Shown: in pieces, positions 1-9,015 of the stretch
Layout of the letters: each line of letters starts with the position of its first letter
Numbering within the stretch: the first letter of the stretch is position 1
NCBI GenBank assembly: GCA_965205265.1
Contig: CBDBGH010000003.1
Location: forward strand, 4,928,001-4,992,000
Direction of reading: 5' to 3'
Length of the DNA: 64,000 nt
Source: Alphaproteobacteria bacterium
GTDB lineage: Bacteria > Pseudomonadota > Alphaproteobacteria > Bin95
Program-made: the position numbers and the translations under genes
The notes under the pieces: generated by a model
What the model was told of the DNA's origin: nothing
The model's input: only the letters and a program-made list of their open reading frames with translations
Database searches by the model: none

Positions 1-451
1 CGCTGCCCGTGGTGCCGATAATGACCATATGGCGCCGGGCGTCGGAATTGCTGATCCACAGCTCCTCGCCGGGCGCCTTCTGGCCGGTGCGGCCGGTCAC
101 CCCCTTCGACAGGATTCCGCCGGACTTGGCGAACCGCCCGTCAATGCCGGGATGGGGATCGGAATAGTCCACGCCGCCCCAGGACACCGGGTTGCGGAAC
201 GGGAGGTTGGAGCGGCGTGAGGTGAACCACAGCAGGTAAAGGGCCGCCATCGGCGGCAAGAGGAACCAGAGCGCCGGGGCGATCAGCATGCCGAGCACGA
301 TGGCGAGCACCACCATGACAGCCGACGGCTTCTTCTGGAGAGCCCGCGAGGCCTTCGCCGGGCCTGTCATCACCGAGCGGCGCATCTGCGCCGAGCCCAC
401 GCGCATTTCCGGTGACGGATTTGTCGGATCGCGGCTTTTCAGGATGGCCAT
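1..451 (-). CDS. icmO: Type IVB coupling protein IcmO/DotL (TrbC-like), 5' part; runs off the window start
   Basis: Not in the ORF track. Manual translation from ATG 451: MAILKSRDP..., TM segment, then GEELWISNSDARRHMVIIGTTGS (start of Walker A); directly follows icmP. Confidence 0.85.
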   Translation of the reverse strand, partial: MAILKSRDPTNPSPEMRVGSAQMRRSVMTGPAKASRALQKKPSAVMVVLAIVLGMLIAPALWFLLPPMAALYLLWFTSRRSNLPFRNPVSWGGVDYSDPHPGIDGRFAKSGGILSKGVTGRTGQKAPGEELWISNSDARRHMVIIGTTGS

Positions 452-483
452 GGTTCTTTCCCTCTACCCGACGCGGGCGCCGT

Positions 484-2259
484 TCAGCGCTCGTCGTCCT
501 CCTCCCTCGCCCGGTAGCGCCTGCGTTCCGGGTCGCGCATGGGATGACGATGGGGCGGACGCCTCTCGTCATCATCGTCATCGTCGTCGCGCCGCATTTG
601 CTGCATGCGCCGCCGACGCTCCCAGTCCCTGCGTTCCTCGTCATAGCCCGCCGGCCCGGGGCCCATGGCCCTGCCGGCGCCGGGCCGGCCTCCCGGCCTG
701 TCCCATCCGGCGGCGGGGCCCATCGCCCGGCCGCCCAGGCCGCCAGCGGCCGCCTCTTCCTCGGCCTTCTTCTCCGCCTCGGCCGCCGCCCTCGCCCTTT
801 CGGCCTCGGCTTCGGCCGCCTCGTCCGCGAGCAGGTTCGGATTGTCGAAAATAGCCTGGATTGTCTGGCCCGGCGTGCGCGCACGGGCCTCCTTCCTGCG
901 CCGTTGCTCGACACGTTCCGGACGCATGTCCAGGTAATCCTCGACAACGGCCCTGGCCGCCTGATAGGTCGCCGGCCGGGCCATGGGCGACTCGTACTGG
1001 ACCTCGGCCCTGTAGTGGCCGATGACCGCCGCCCCCTCGATGCTCGCAACCTCGGAACCCAGGGCGGCGAGCACGTACCAGAGCCGCCGGTTCTCGCGCT
1101 TCAGCCACTGGAAGGAGGCCCCGGCGAGCACGCCCCTGTCCTTTCTGGCCACCTCCATCATCCGGCAACAGGCCGTGTACAGGTAATAGTGACCGGACAT
1201 GCGCTCCAGAAGGTTCGCGCCGGCCTGCGACGACAGCACGCCATCCACCCCCGCCATCAGGCCCGGCTCGTCCTCGAGCAGGCGGTCGAACGCCCCGACC
1301 GGTTCCCGGCATACCACCTCGTAGAGGGCGCCCAGTTCCTGAAGCAGCCTGTTGCCGCCCGAGGTATCGAAATCCAGGAACCGGGCGCAGACCGCCATCA
1401 GCGCCCTCAGATGCGGCGGCAGCCTTTCGGTCCGGCCCGTCCAGACCGGGCCGATATCCGCCTCGAGCAGCTCCCGCACCGTATCGATCGACATCGCCTC
1501 CCAGCGATGCTCGAACTCATAGTCCGCCGCGCTTTCGTTGGTGAAGGAAACCGGCTTGCCGCGGTCTTCCGATCCCGTGAGGCTGGAGTAGGTCTCCTCG
1601 TCGTAGGTTGCCCCGGTTGCGAGCAGCCATTCCTCCGGCCGCAGCGACCGCGCCCAGGGCGGCGGGGCGACCGGTGTCGGCGAGGGCCGCACGAGCATGC
1701 CCAGATCCCCGGCGCCGCACTGGCTGTGGAACCGCCTCCCGACCTCGTCGGCCGTGCGCCTCAGGTCGAATTCGCGTTCCTTCAGGAAATTGATGCTGCG
1801 CGGGAGCCTTCCTGTCCACCAGGTCTTGGAATGCTCCGCGATCATGCTGTCCATGGTGTGGCGGTTGTTATAGATGTCCTCCGGGCGCACCCGGACCGAC
1901 CGGGCGATGACCCACAACAGCGGAATCCCGTAGATCGGCACGGCGCAGAACGCCGCCGCCCGGTTCACGACCGACGCCTGGGCGGCATTCATCGTGGACG
2001 GATCCGCACTTGTGAGGAAGTCGTAAACCAGTTCGGCCCGTCCGAACGGAATGCCGATAACCCCGAGAAAGGGCAGCAGTTTGGTCAGCCAGGCATAGGG
2101 CGCGACATGGATGAGCGCCACGGCCCCGTAAAGGCTGTTCAGGTCGCCCCGATAGCGGTCGAGCGCCAGCCCTGCAAGCAGGAACAGGCCTATCGCCACC
2201 CCCATCAGGACCAGGAAGTCGCTGTCGCTCCTGCCCTGCTGGTCGCCGGGACCGGCCAT
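484..2259 (-). CDS. icmP: IcmP/DotM (TrbA-like) coupling-complex protein with long charged C-terminal tail
   Basis: N-terminal TM helices; WLKRENRRLWYVL...EGAAVIGHYRAE matches the DotM C-terminal signature; directly upstream of icmO. Confidence 0.85.
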   Translation of the reverse strand: MAGPGDQQGRSDSDFLVLMGVAIGLFLLAGLALDRYRGDLNSLYGAVALIHVAPYAWLTKLLPFLGVIGIPFGRAELVYDFLTSADPSTMNAAQASVVNRAAAFCAVPIYGIPLLWVIARSVRVRPEDIYNNRHTMDSMIAEHSKTWWTGRLPRSINFLKEREFDLRRTADEVGRRFHSQCGAGDLGMLVRPSPTPVAPPPWARSLRPEEWLLATGATYDEETYSSLTGSEDRGKPVSFTNESAADYEFEHRWEAMSIDTVRELLEADIGPVWTGRTERLPPHLRALMAVCARFLDFDTSGGNRLLQELGALYEVVCREPVGAFDRLLEDEPGLMAGVDGVLSSQAGANLLERMSGHYYLYTACCRMMEVARKDRGVLAGASFQWLKRENRRLWYVLAALGSEVASIEGAAVIGHYRAEVQYESPMARPATYQAARAVVEDYLDMRPERVEQRRRKEARARTPGQTIQAIFDNPNLLADEAAEAEAERARAAAEAEKKAEEEAAAGGLGGRAMGPAAGWDRPGGRPGAGRAMGPGPAGYDEERRDWERRRRMQQMRRDDDDDDDERRPPHRHPMRDPERRRYRAREEDDER

Positions 2260-2260
2260 G

Positions 2261-2638
2261 TCAGGCGCTCAGCGCGGCGGCGCCCGTCATTGTCCTCACC
2301 TCGCTGGCCAGGTGCCCCGCCGCTTCCCTGATATGCCGCCGGTAGAATTCCGGCAGGAATTGACCGCCCAGAAGATCGGACAGCCGTTTCAGGCGCCGGC
2401 CGTCGATATTGGGATTCCTGTCATGGCTGTCGCTCAGGATCTCGAGCGTGTGATCTATCGCGAACGGCAGCTCCTCATGGCGGCTGAGACCCGCATGCCT
2501 CATGTTCGCGAGCGTGATTGTCAGGAGTTCCTCCACGCACCGCTCGCGTCCCAGCCATGTCGCCGCCAGTTCGCCGTCGCAGCGCGTCGGCCCGACCACC
2601 CGGAGCATCATCTCCGCATCACCGTAAAGATCGGACAT
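2261..2638 (-). CDS. Hypothetical protein coupled to icmP
   Basis: 125-aa ORF ending 1 bp before the icmP ATG. Confidence 0.65.
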   Translation of the reverse strand: MSDLYGDAEMMLRVVGPTRCDGELAATWLGRERCVEELLTITLANMRHAGLSRHEELPFAIDHTLEILSDSHDRNPNIDGRRLKRLSDLLGGQFLPEFYRRHIREAAGHLASEVRTMTGAAALSA

Positions 2639-2714
2639 GCTTCAGCTTGCACTCCCCTGTCGTAACGCGCCCCGTACATACGGAGTGTAGCAGAAACTGC
2701 CGGGGCAGAAAGTC

Positions 2715-3257
2715 TCACGGGCTGTAGTCGGCTCCGTCATAGTCCGCGTTCCACGGCTCTATCGGCTCGACCCCCGGATATCCGTACTGCACGAGATCCT
2801 CGTAGATCGACGCGCTCTCGAGCACCTCGAGCGCGGGCCTTTCGAGATCGAGCACATCGGACATGAAATCCGCCATATGCTTCAGGTCCGCCTGCCTGGC
2901 ATCGATGACGCCGGGCTCGATGCCGCCCATCGACATGATGTATGCCACGCGGGCCGGCAGGTCATGAAACAGTTCGGGGTCGGCGAGCAGCCGCATGCCG
3001 CCGTCCCGGTCGCTCTCGTACCGGAACGCCGCCGGATCCTCGACGCTGTCCGCCTCGTATTCCATCAGCTCGATCAGGGCCCTGGTTCCGCTTGCGCCGA
3101 GATTCCCCAGGCTCTCGGCATCGATCATCACCCGGAACCCGTCCTCGAAGGCGGCCATGTTGACCGTCACGAAGCCTTCTTTCTGGAACATTCTCCTGAG
3201 GGCCGGCATGCCGCCGGGCGGGAGCGGGTAATTTTCCACAAACGGTTCGGGGGTCAC
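2715..3257 (-). CDS. Acidic hypothetical protein
   Basis: 180-aa ORF, GTG start with purine-rich RBS, natural composition. Confidence 0.65.
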   Translation of the reverse strand: MTPEPFVENYPLPPGGMPALRRMFQKEGFVTVNMAAFEDGFRVMIDAESLGNLGASGTRALIELMEYEADSVEDPAAFRYESDRDGGMRLLADPELFHDLPARVAYIMSMGGIEPGVIDARQADLKHMADFMSDVLDLERPALEVLESASIYEDLVQYGYPGVEPIEPWNADYDGADYSP

Positions 3258-3508
3258 GAGACTGCTTCTCCCTCTGTCCTTTACCCTATCGGTCCCACGC
3301 CTGAAAATTCAAAGGGGAAAACGACTCCAAATTTCCCGGAATCCCCAGATAACCGCTGTGCGACGCTCAAAATCATCCACAGACGGGCTAGAATCATCCC
3401 GTTCTCGAAGAGAATCCGTCGTCCCGCTCCGGGCCGGCGGCCCGACAATGTCCCAATCCCGGCATTCCGTGGATATGGCGGTTGCCGGATTTCCCGGAGA
3501 AGCACCGA

Positions 3509-4435
3509 ATGACGAAATTTCCCGGCCCCACCGTCATCGCAGCGGCCTTGCTGCTCTGCGCGGCGCCCGCCGTCCATGCCGCGGACGAGGAACCCCTGTT
3601 CGTCGACCGCGGCATGATCGGCGGCTGGGACATCTATTCCAGCGGCTCGAGCGTGTTCATTCCGTCCCCGGACGGCAAGTTCTTCGTCGTGGGGCGGCTC
3701 TTCAGCCGGACCGGCCAGGACATCGGCGCCGCCCTCACGGCGTCGGAACCCGCCGCGATTCCCGAGGACGTGCTCACCTACCTGAAGTCCGCCGTCCTCA
3801 TGCCTGCCGACGGCTACGGGAACTGCGATACCTGCCAGCGCACGCCCGACCAGGCGCGCGCCGCGGACGAGCCGCCTGCGCCGCCTCAGGGCCGCCCGCG
3901 CCTCGATGTGGCGGCGGCGAACCCTGCCGCGCCGGCCGCCGCCCAGGACACCCGTCCCGGGTCGCCGGTCGAGCGCCTGACCCAGGCCTACGGCTTCGAT
4001 GTCGGCTCCGGCGGCCTGCCGGTCGTCATGGTCGTCGATCCCGCCTGCCCGTTCTGCACCAGGGCCGTGCATACGCTCCGCCCGGCCATCGAACAGGGCC
4101 GCATGCTCCTGAAGGTCCGCCTGGTGGCGGGTTTCGTCAATCCCATAGAGGCCTCCCTCAACATGGCGGGGGCCATCCTCACCGCAGATGACCCCGCAGC
4201 CGAGTTCATGGATTTCATGGCCCGGCGGATCAACGACCCCGACGCCGCTTCCAGGACCTTTACCGAGGAGGCCCTCACGATCGAAATGCGCACCGGCGTA
4301 CGCGACAACGTGCGTCTTGCGCGTGAGTTGTCGATCCGCTCGGTCCCCTATTTCGCGTGGGTGGACCAGGCCGGGCGGCCGCGCCTCATGGCGGGCGTTC
4401 CGGACAGCCTCAAGGACCTTGCCGCTCCCCGGTGA
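3509..4435 (+). CDS. Periplasmic DsbC/DsbG-like thioredoxin (IncI TrbB-like)
   Basis: Signal peptide; DPACPFC CxxC motif; SVP cis-Pro loop; T4BSS context. Confidence 0.75.
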   Translation: MTKFPGPTVIAAALLLCAAPAVHAADEEPLFVDRGMIGGWDIYSSGSSVFIPSPDGKFFVVGRLFSRTGQDIGAALTASEPAAIPEDVLTYLKSAVLMPADGYGNCDTCQRTPDQARAADEPPAPPQGRPRLDVAAANPAAPAAAQDTRPGSPVERLTQAYGFDVGSGGLPVVMVVDPACPFCTRAVHTLRPAIEQGRMLLKVRLVAGFVNPIEASLNMAGAILTADDPAAEFMDFMARRINDPDAASRTFTEEALTIEMRTGVRDNVRLARELSIRSVPYFAWVDQAGRPRLMAGVPDSLKDLAAPR

Positions 4436-4809
4436 TACGCTTTCGCCTTCCCGTCCCGCGGCGACGCAGGTCCCGCCTCGCGCTTATCAGGCGCGAACAG
4501 CAGGACCAGCATATCCTGCGCGTGCCGAAGGCCCGCAGGATATGCTGGATACTGCTATGCATCTGGCTGCTGGCCATGACGCTCACGGCCTTCCTGCTTG
4601 CGACCGGCCTCTGGACCCCCGGCCGCACGCCGTGAGCGCCCACCGACGACGCTCTCAGAGGGGAAGCCCGATTCCCCCGGGGACGGCGGCGGTGCAGAGG
4701 AATCCCCGTCCTTCGGGACAGGCAGCTGTCAAGCGTTGATGCCGATCCGGAGACAGGCCGGGGGCTCAGTGTGCTGAGGCGGGCAAGGGCAACCCGATCC
4801 GGGTGCCCG

Positions 4810-5046
4810 CTATCGTTGATAATTCGGCTTCGTGACCGCCCACCAAATAAAGATGGCCGCCACCGTGACGGTGAGAGCCCACGGACGCCAGTCCTCGACG
4901 CCGTTCATCGAAAACATGATGATGGCCACCGGAGTGCCGATGCACACATACAGCCCCAGGAACACCGCAAGCGTAATGCGGGCCGTAAAGGAAGCCGCCC
5001 CGACCATAGCGGACCCGGTTCCGCGCAAAACTCTCGAAACGCTCAT
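4810..5046 (-). CDS. Small two-TM membrane protein downstream of dotA/traY
   Basis: 78 aa, two hydrophobic stretches, GGAGG RBS, AT-rich upstream region. Confidence 0.6.
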   Translation of the reverse strand: MSVSRVLRGTGSAMVGAASFTARITLAVFLGLYVCIGTPVAIIMFSMNGVEDWRPWALTVTVAAIFIWWAVTKPNYQR

Positions 5047-5182
5047 TTGCCGATTTCCTCCACTGCGGGAGCTGATCTTTCAGGACTGAAAATCACGTAA
5101 TGATTATATCGGACTCTTACATTTACTGCAACTAAATTCTTCTGCTACGCAGAAATATCGGGACATCTCTCCTCTTTTTCCC

Positions 5183-7660
5183 CTATTGCCCGGTCGGCCG
5201 GTCATCTCCCCGTCCCTGCCCAATCCGTCCCTGGGAACGGCCGGTCAACCTAGCAACAGAGCTTCCAATCTCCCCTCCTATCCCACGCGCCAGCGGCGCC
5301 CCGGCAGACCCGGTGGCGGCCGTCGCGCCGATCATGCCGATGCGGGCCCGGTCGAGAGCGCCCTGGTCGGCCAGGTCCGCCCGCGCCCCGATCCAATTCA
5401 ACACGCGGTTGGGGAACTCGGTCACGAGCGAGAACGATCTCTCGATCAGGATCAACTGCATCACGCCGACCAGAAGGCCCAGGGCCGGCAGGATCAGCAT
5501 GATGGCAATCAAGGAGGAACCCACGACGCTGGCCTGGAACACCGGGAAAATCCCCGACAGCAGAAGGCCCGACGTCACCCTGAAAATTCCCATTCCAATG
5601 ACAAAACCGAAGACCATCAGGATCGGCGTGAGCAGCAGGGCCAGCAGCAGCGTCCAGCCATTGGTTGCGGCTCCCGATATCCCCTCTCCATCCAGGCGCA
5701 GATGGGCGAAAGCCCACAGCGACACGCCGACCACCGCCTCGACCACCAGAAGGAAGTATCCCGTCACTCCGACAACCCAGAGGATCCACGGCATCATCGG
5801 CAGGATGATCTGAAGCAGCGCCCCCGTGCCCCAAAATACCCCGAACATCGACTGCGCGGCGCTTCCGATTCCGTCGCCGACCCCCATCGGCAATGCCTGC
5901 GTGACCGCCACTACCGCCAACAGGCCAGCCGCCACATGCAAAAAGTCCTCCCCGAAGCTCATCATTGCCAACAAGGGATCGTCGCCAAATCTCCAATTCA
6001 GCAAATCGTCCATCATCGACCTTACATATTTCCCCACCGCCGTCTTCTGTATCCAATTCGACAGCCCCCAGCCGTCCGACGTCGACAACTCCAGCACCGC
6101 CGGATTGAACTCGAACCCGCTGCCGAACGCCCCCAAATTATGCTTGTCCCGGTGAAAGGCCTGCAGCATCGCTGCATATCCCGCGGACGCTTTCTTTACA
6201 TCGAGCAACTTTATCGCATGGTCCGTGCCATAAACCGGCGTTCCGCTGTTCTGGAGCGCCATCGTCACATCGACGCCCACCGCGCTCTCCGTTTCATCCA
6301 CAGTCCAATTGTGTGGCTTATATCCCAACGCCGCTGGAGGTTTGACCCTGTTGAATACAATATCTTCGGAAATTTTTCCGAAGACGGAAGAAAATACATT
6401 CAGGCTATTGTTGATCCTGGCAAAGGCAATGTACCATTTTCCCGCACCGATCCAACCTTCTCCATAACATCTGTGGCGATTTTCCTTGTCCGCCATGACC
6501 TCCGAGCGACATGCTTCCCCTCCCGTTATCGCATTCAACAACAATTCGCCATTCATGGCGCCATCTTCGCCCTTCAGGACGCCAACAGCCGAAAAGATGG
6601 TCCTGAACAGTCTGGAGAGGTCCGTATTTGCCTGTATAACGGCATCCGCAATTCCCGGCGAGTGGCTGACTCCCCGCGAAGACAACGGCCTGGAGGCCTT
6701 CTCTGTAAGAACTACATCGGCCTTTTCATGTGCGATGGACCACATTCGATTATAGAGGTTTTGCATAATCGCGAAATGCGCGTCCTTGAAGTTCCTGAAG
6801 ATGAAATCAATATCCTCGTCCTTTATGCCACTCTTTTCCAGATAACTGACTATATCCTCATCATAGACCGGAGTGCTCCAGTATCCACAAAGCGGACTCG
6901 ACTGGCCGTTGGGGAAATACAGGCGCAGACTGACCACATCCCGTACACGGGATCCGGACTCCCGGGCCTCCACCTGAATGGACCGTATCCTGTATCCGCT
7001 GTCCAGATACCCCTTGTTGTTCAAAAACTGACGCGTAACGACCTCTCGGCACGCCGCTATGGAATACATCTTCTCCACCATGCTTCCCGGAATGCTGGGA
7101 GGCTGGGCGGAAAGCGGTATTTGGTCGGCGAGCAGCGCTTCGGCGGACTTCGTCCAAAGAAAGGACGCCGTCATTGTAGCCCCGCGCACCACATAGGCTA
7201 CGCCGGCCTGAACCGCGTTATACCCTTCGAGATTGGGCAATGGCACGAGCATGCCGACGGCGAAAACGACCCGCATCGGCGCCCACAGGCTGGACCAGCG
7301 ACGGCCGAGCAGTTCGCCTTCGTGGGCTGTTTGAAGAAGCCCGGCAGTGGCGTTCCAGGCGAAGAGCAGTCCCCCGAGACCCAGGGCAACAACATTGAAG
7401 TAGCCAATGATCGTGGAGAATACGGTTCGGTTCACCGCGTCCGGGCCCCTGTCCACGGCAGGGAACAACGGCCCGAACAATTCGTGCAGGAAAATGCTCG
7501 TCAGCGGGTCGCCGAATTCATCCGAGAAAAACTCCTGCGCCTGACCGACGGAGAATTCCTGATGCTGGATATTCGGGTCGATATGCGGCTGCCCCTGTGC
7601 CTGTGCGGCCGATAGCGGGGCCATCAGCAGGACCAGGACAATCAGCAGGCGCCGCAGCAT
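5183..7660 (-). CDS. dotA: DotA/TraY family integral membrane protein
   Basis: TAHEGELLGRRWSSLWAPMR motif near the N-terminus; multi-TM C-terminus with PMMPWILW and FPNRVLNWIG. Confidence 0.92.
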   Translation of the reverse strand: MLRRLLIVLVLLMAPLSAAQAQGQPHIDPNIQHQEFSVGQAQEFFSDEFGDPLTSIFLHELFGPLFPAVDRGPDAVNRTVFSTIIGYFNVVALGLGGLLFAWNATAGLLQTAHEGELLGRRWSSLWAPMRVVFAVGMLVPLPNLEGYNAVQAGVAYVVRGATMTASFLWTKSAEALLADQIPLSAQPPSIPGSMVEKMYSIAACREVVTRQFLNNKGYLDSGYRIRSIQVEARESGSRVRDVVSLRLYFPNGQSSPLCGYWSTPVYDEDIVSYLEKSGIKDEDIDFIFRNFKDAHFAIMQNLYNRMWSIAHEKADVVLTEKASRPLSSRGVSHSPGIADAVIQANTDLSRLFRTIFSAVGVLKGEDGAMNGELLLNAITGGEACRSEVMADKENRHRCYGEGWIGAGKWYIAFARINNSLNVFSSVFGKISEDIVFNRVKPPAALGYKPHNWTVDETESAVGVDVTMALQNSGTPVYGTDHAIKLLDVKKASAGYAAMLQAFHRDKHNLGAFGSGFEFNPAVLELSTSDGWGLSNWIQKTAVGKYVRSMMDDLLNWRFGDDPLLAMMSFGEDFLHVAAGLLAVVAVTQALPMGVGDGIGSAAQSMFGVFWGTGALLQIILPMMPWILWVVGVTGYFLLVVEAVVGVSLWAFAHLRLDGEGISGAATNGWTLLLALLLTPILMVFGFVIGMGIFRVTSGLLLSGIFPVFQASVVGSSLIAIMLILPALGLLVGVMQLILIERSFSLVTEFPNRVLNWIGARADLADQGALDRARIGMIGATAATGSAGAPLARGIGGEIGSSVARLTGRSQGRIGQGRGDDRPTGQ

Positions 7661-7670
7661 GGACGGAGGC

Positions 7671-8162
7671 TCAGTTGGAGACCGACTTCCATGCCGGCCC
7701 GGCCGTTGCCGGGCTTACATGGCGGATCAGCAGCACATTCTGGTCGGTGATGTCCGCCTGGGGCGGGTTCGGCAGCCAGGACAGGCTGTCGAGGAGCGCC
7801 TCGACCACATCGCTGAAGCTGCCGAGGAAGCGCCGACTGCCGTCCATGCGGTAACGCCGGTCGGTCAGCACATGGACCTCGACGCCTACGCGGGCCCCCC
7901 AGCGCCGCAGCGTGTCGCCAAGCATCTCCCCGGGTCTGACATCCCAGTAGGGCATGTCAGGCTCCGCAATCGCCCCCGGCCCGGACGGCGGCGTCATGGC
8001 CGCCGGCGGCACCGCAATCCCGGCGGGCGGACGCACCACCGGGCCCGGGCCACCGCGCTCGTTCACGATTACCGGAACCGGGTCCACCCATCGGAAATCC
8101 GCCTGCGCGACGGAGGCGCCGAGCGCCGCCGCAAGGGCGGCAGGGAACGCTATCCGTCTCAT
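7671..8162 (-). CDS. TcpQ/PilL-domain type IVb pilus protein
   Basis: Signal peptide; WDVRPGEMLGDTLRRW...F.GSF.D TcpQ-like pattern. Confidence 0.75.
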   Translation of the reverse strand: MRRIAFPAALAAALGASVAQADFRWVDPVPVIVNERGGPGPVVRPPAGIAVPPAAMTPPSGPGAIAEPDMPYWDVRPGEMLGDTLRRWGARVGVEVHVLTDRRYRMDGSRRFLGSFSDVVEALLDSLSWLPNPPQADITDQNVLLIRHVSPATAGPAWKSVSN

Positions 8163-8989
8163 ATCCCCGCGTCCTCCACCACGAGCCACCGGTTGCCGTG
8201 ATGCACCTTCACCTTCAGCACCCGCCTCAACTGGTCGCTCGACATCATCTGGTCCGCAGCCCGCAGGAACCCGCCCACGAACCGAGCATATGCGGAAACC
8301 GTGAAATTGCGATTGGACCGCCAGTCCACGCGCCAGCCGGCCATGCGGGCCCAATCCTCGAGCACCTGCTGGACCGTTTCGTGCCGGGCCGGGTCAACGA
8401 TCCAGATGCCCGGCTCTCGGCCCGGAGCGCTCATCGGGCCGCGCTGTTCGATATCCCAGTACCGATGGAACACCACCGACCCCGTCGCGGGGTCCCAGTC
8501 CCAGTTATAGCCAGCTCCTGTCGCGAAGCGGTCCAGCAGCGCCACCAGCGCTCCCTTGTGGCTCACCGTCACGGGCGGCGGCGTGCCATGCGTAACGGCA
8601 CCGTCCACCACCCGGGACGGCCGCTCCTCGACCCTCGTCGGAACCTCGGCTTCCAGGCCCAGGCGCCGGACGGCATCCGGGAACGACAGCGGCTCGAGAA
8701 TGGCCAGATTGACCTGCTTGCGGGCCAGGTCCGCCGGCAGCGGCGTCCGGACCGGACCCAACACCGTGGCCGGCATGAAATCCCCGCTTGGATAGAGCAC
8801 GGCCGAGGGCGCGGTCGAACTCCGCGGCACCGCCAGCGCCCCGGACGGTGTCGGGTGCGCCGTCTGCGGAACGGTCCCGGCCTTCGCCCCCGGGGCTCCG
8901 TTGTCGTTGCCGGGCGAACCCGCGAGGACCGGGGCCGCCACAAGAACCGCAAGCGCTGCAAGCGCGATCATCGATCTTTCGCCAGACAT
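8159..8989 (-). CDS. TcpQ-domain pilus protein
   Basis: Signal peptide; TVQQVLEDWARMAGWRVDW...F.GGF TcpQ pattern; ATGA overlap with the next gene. Confidence 0.75.
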   Translation of the reverse strand: MSGERSMIALAALAVLVAAPVLAGSPGNDNGAPGAKAGTVPQTAHPTPSGALAVPRSSTAPSAVLYPSGDFMPATVLGPVRTPLPADLARKQVNLAILEPLSFPDAVRRLGLEAEVPTRVEERPSRVVDGAVTHGTPPPVTVSHKGALVALLDRFATGAGYNWDWDPATGSVVFHRYWDIEQRGPMSAPGREPGIWIVDPARHETVQQVLEDWARMAGWRVDWRSNRNFTVSAYARFVGGFLRAADQMMSSDQLRRVLKVKVHHGNRWLVVEDAGI

Positions 8990-9015
8990 GGGTCTCTTCT
9001 TTCCGCTTCCGCCGT

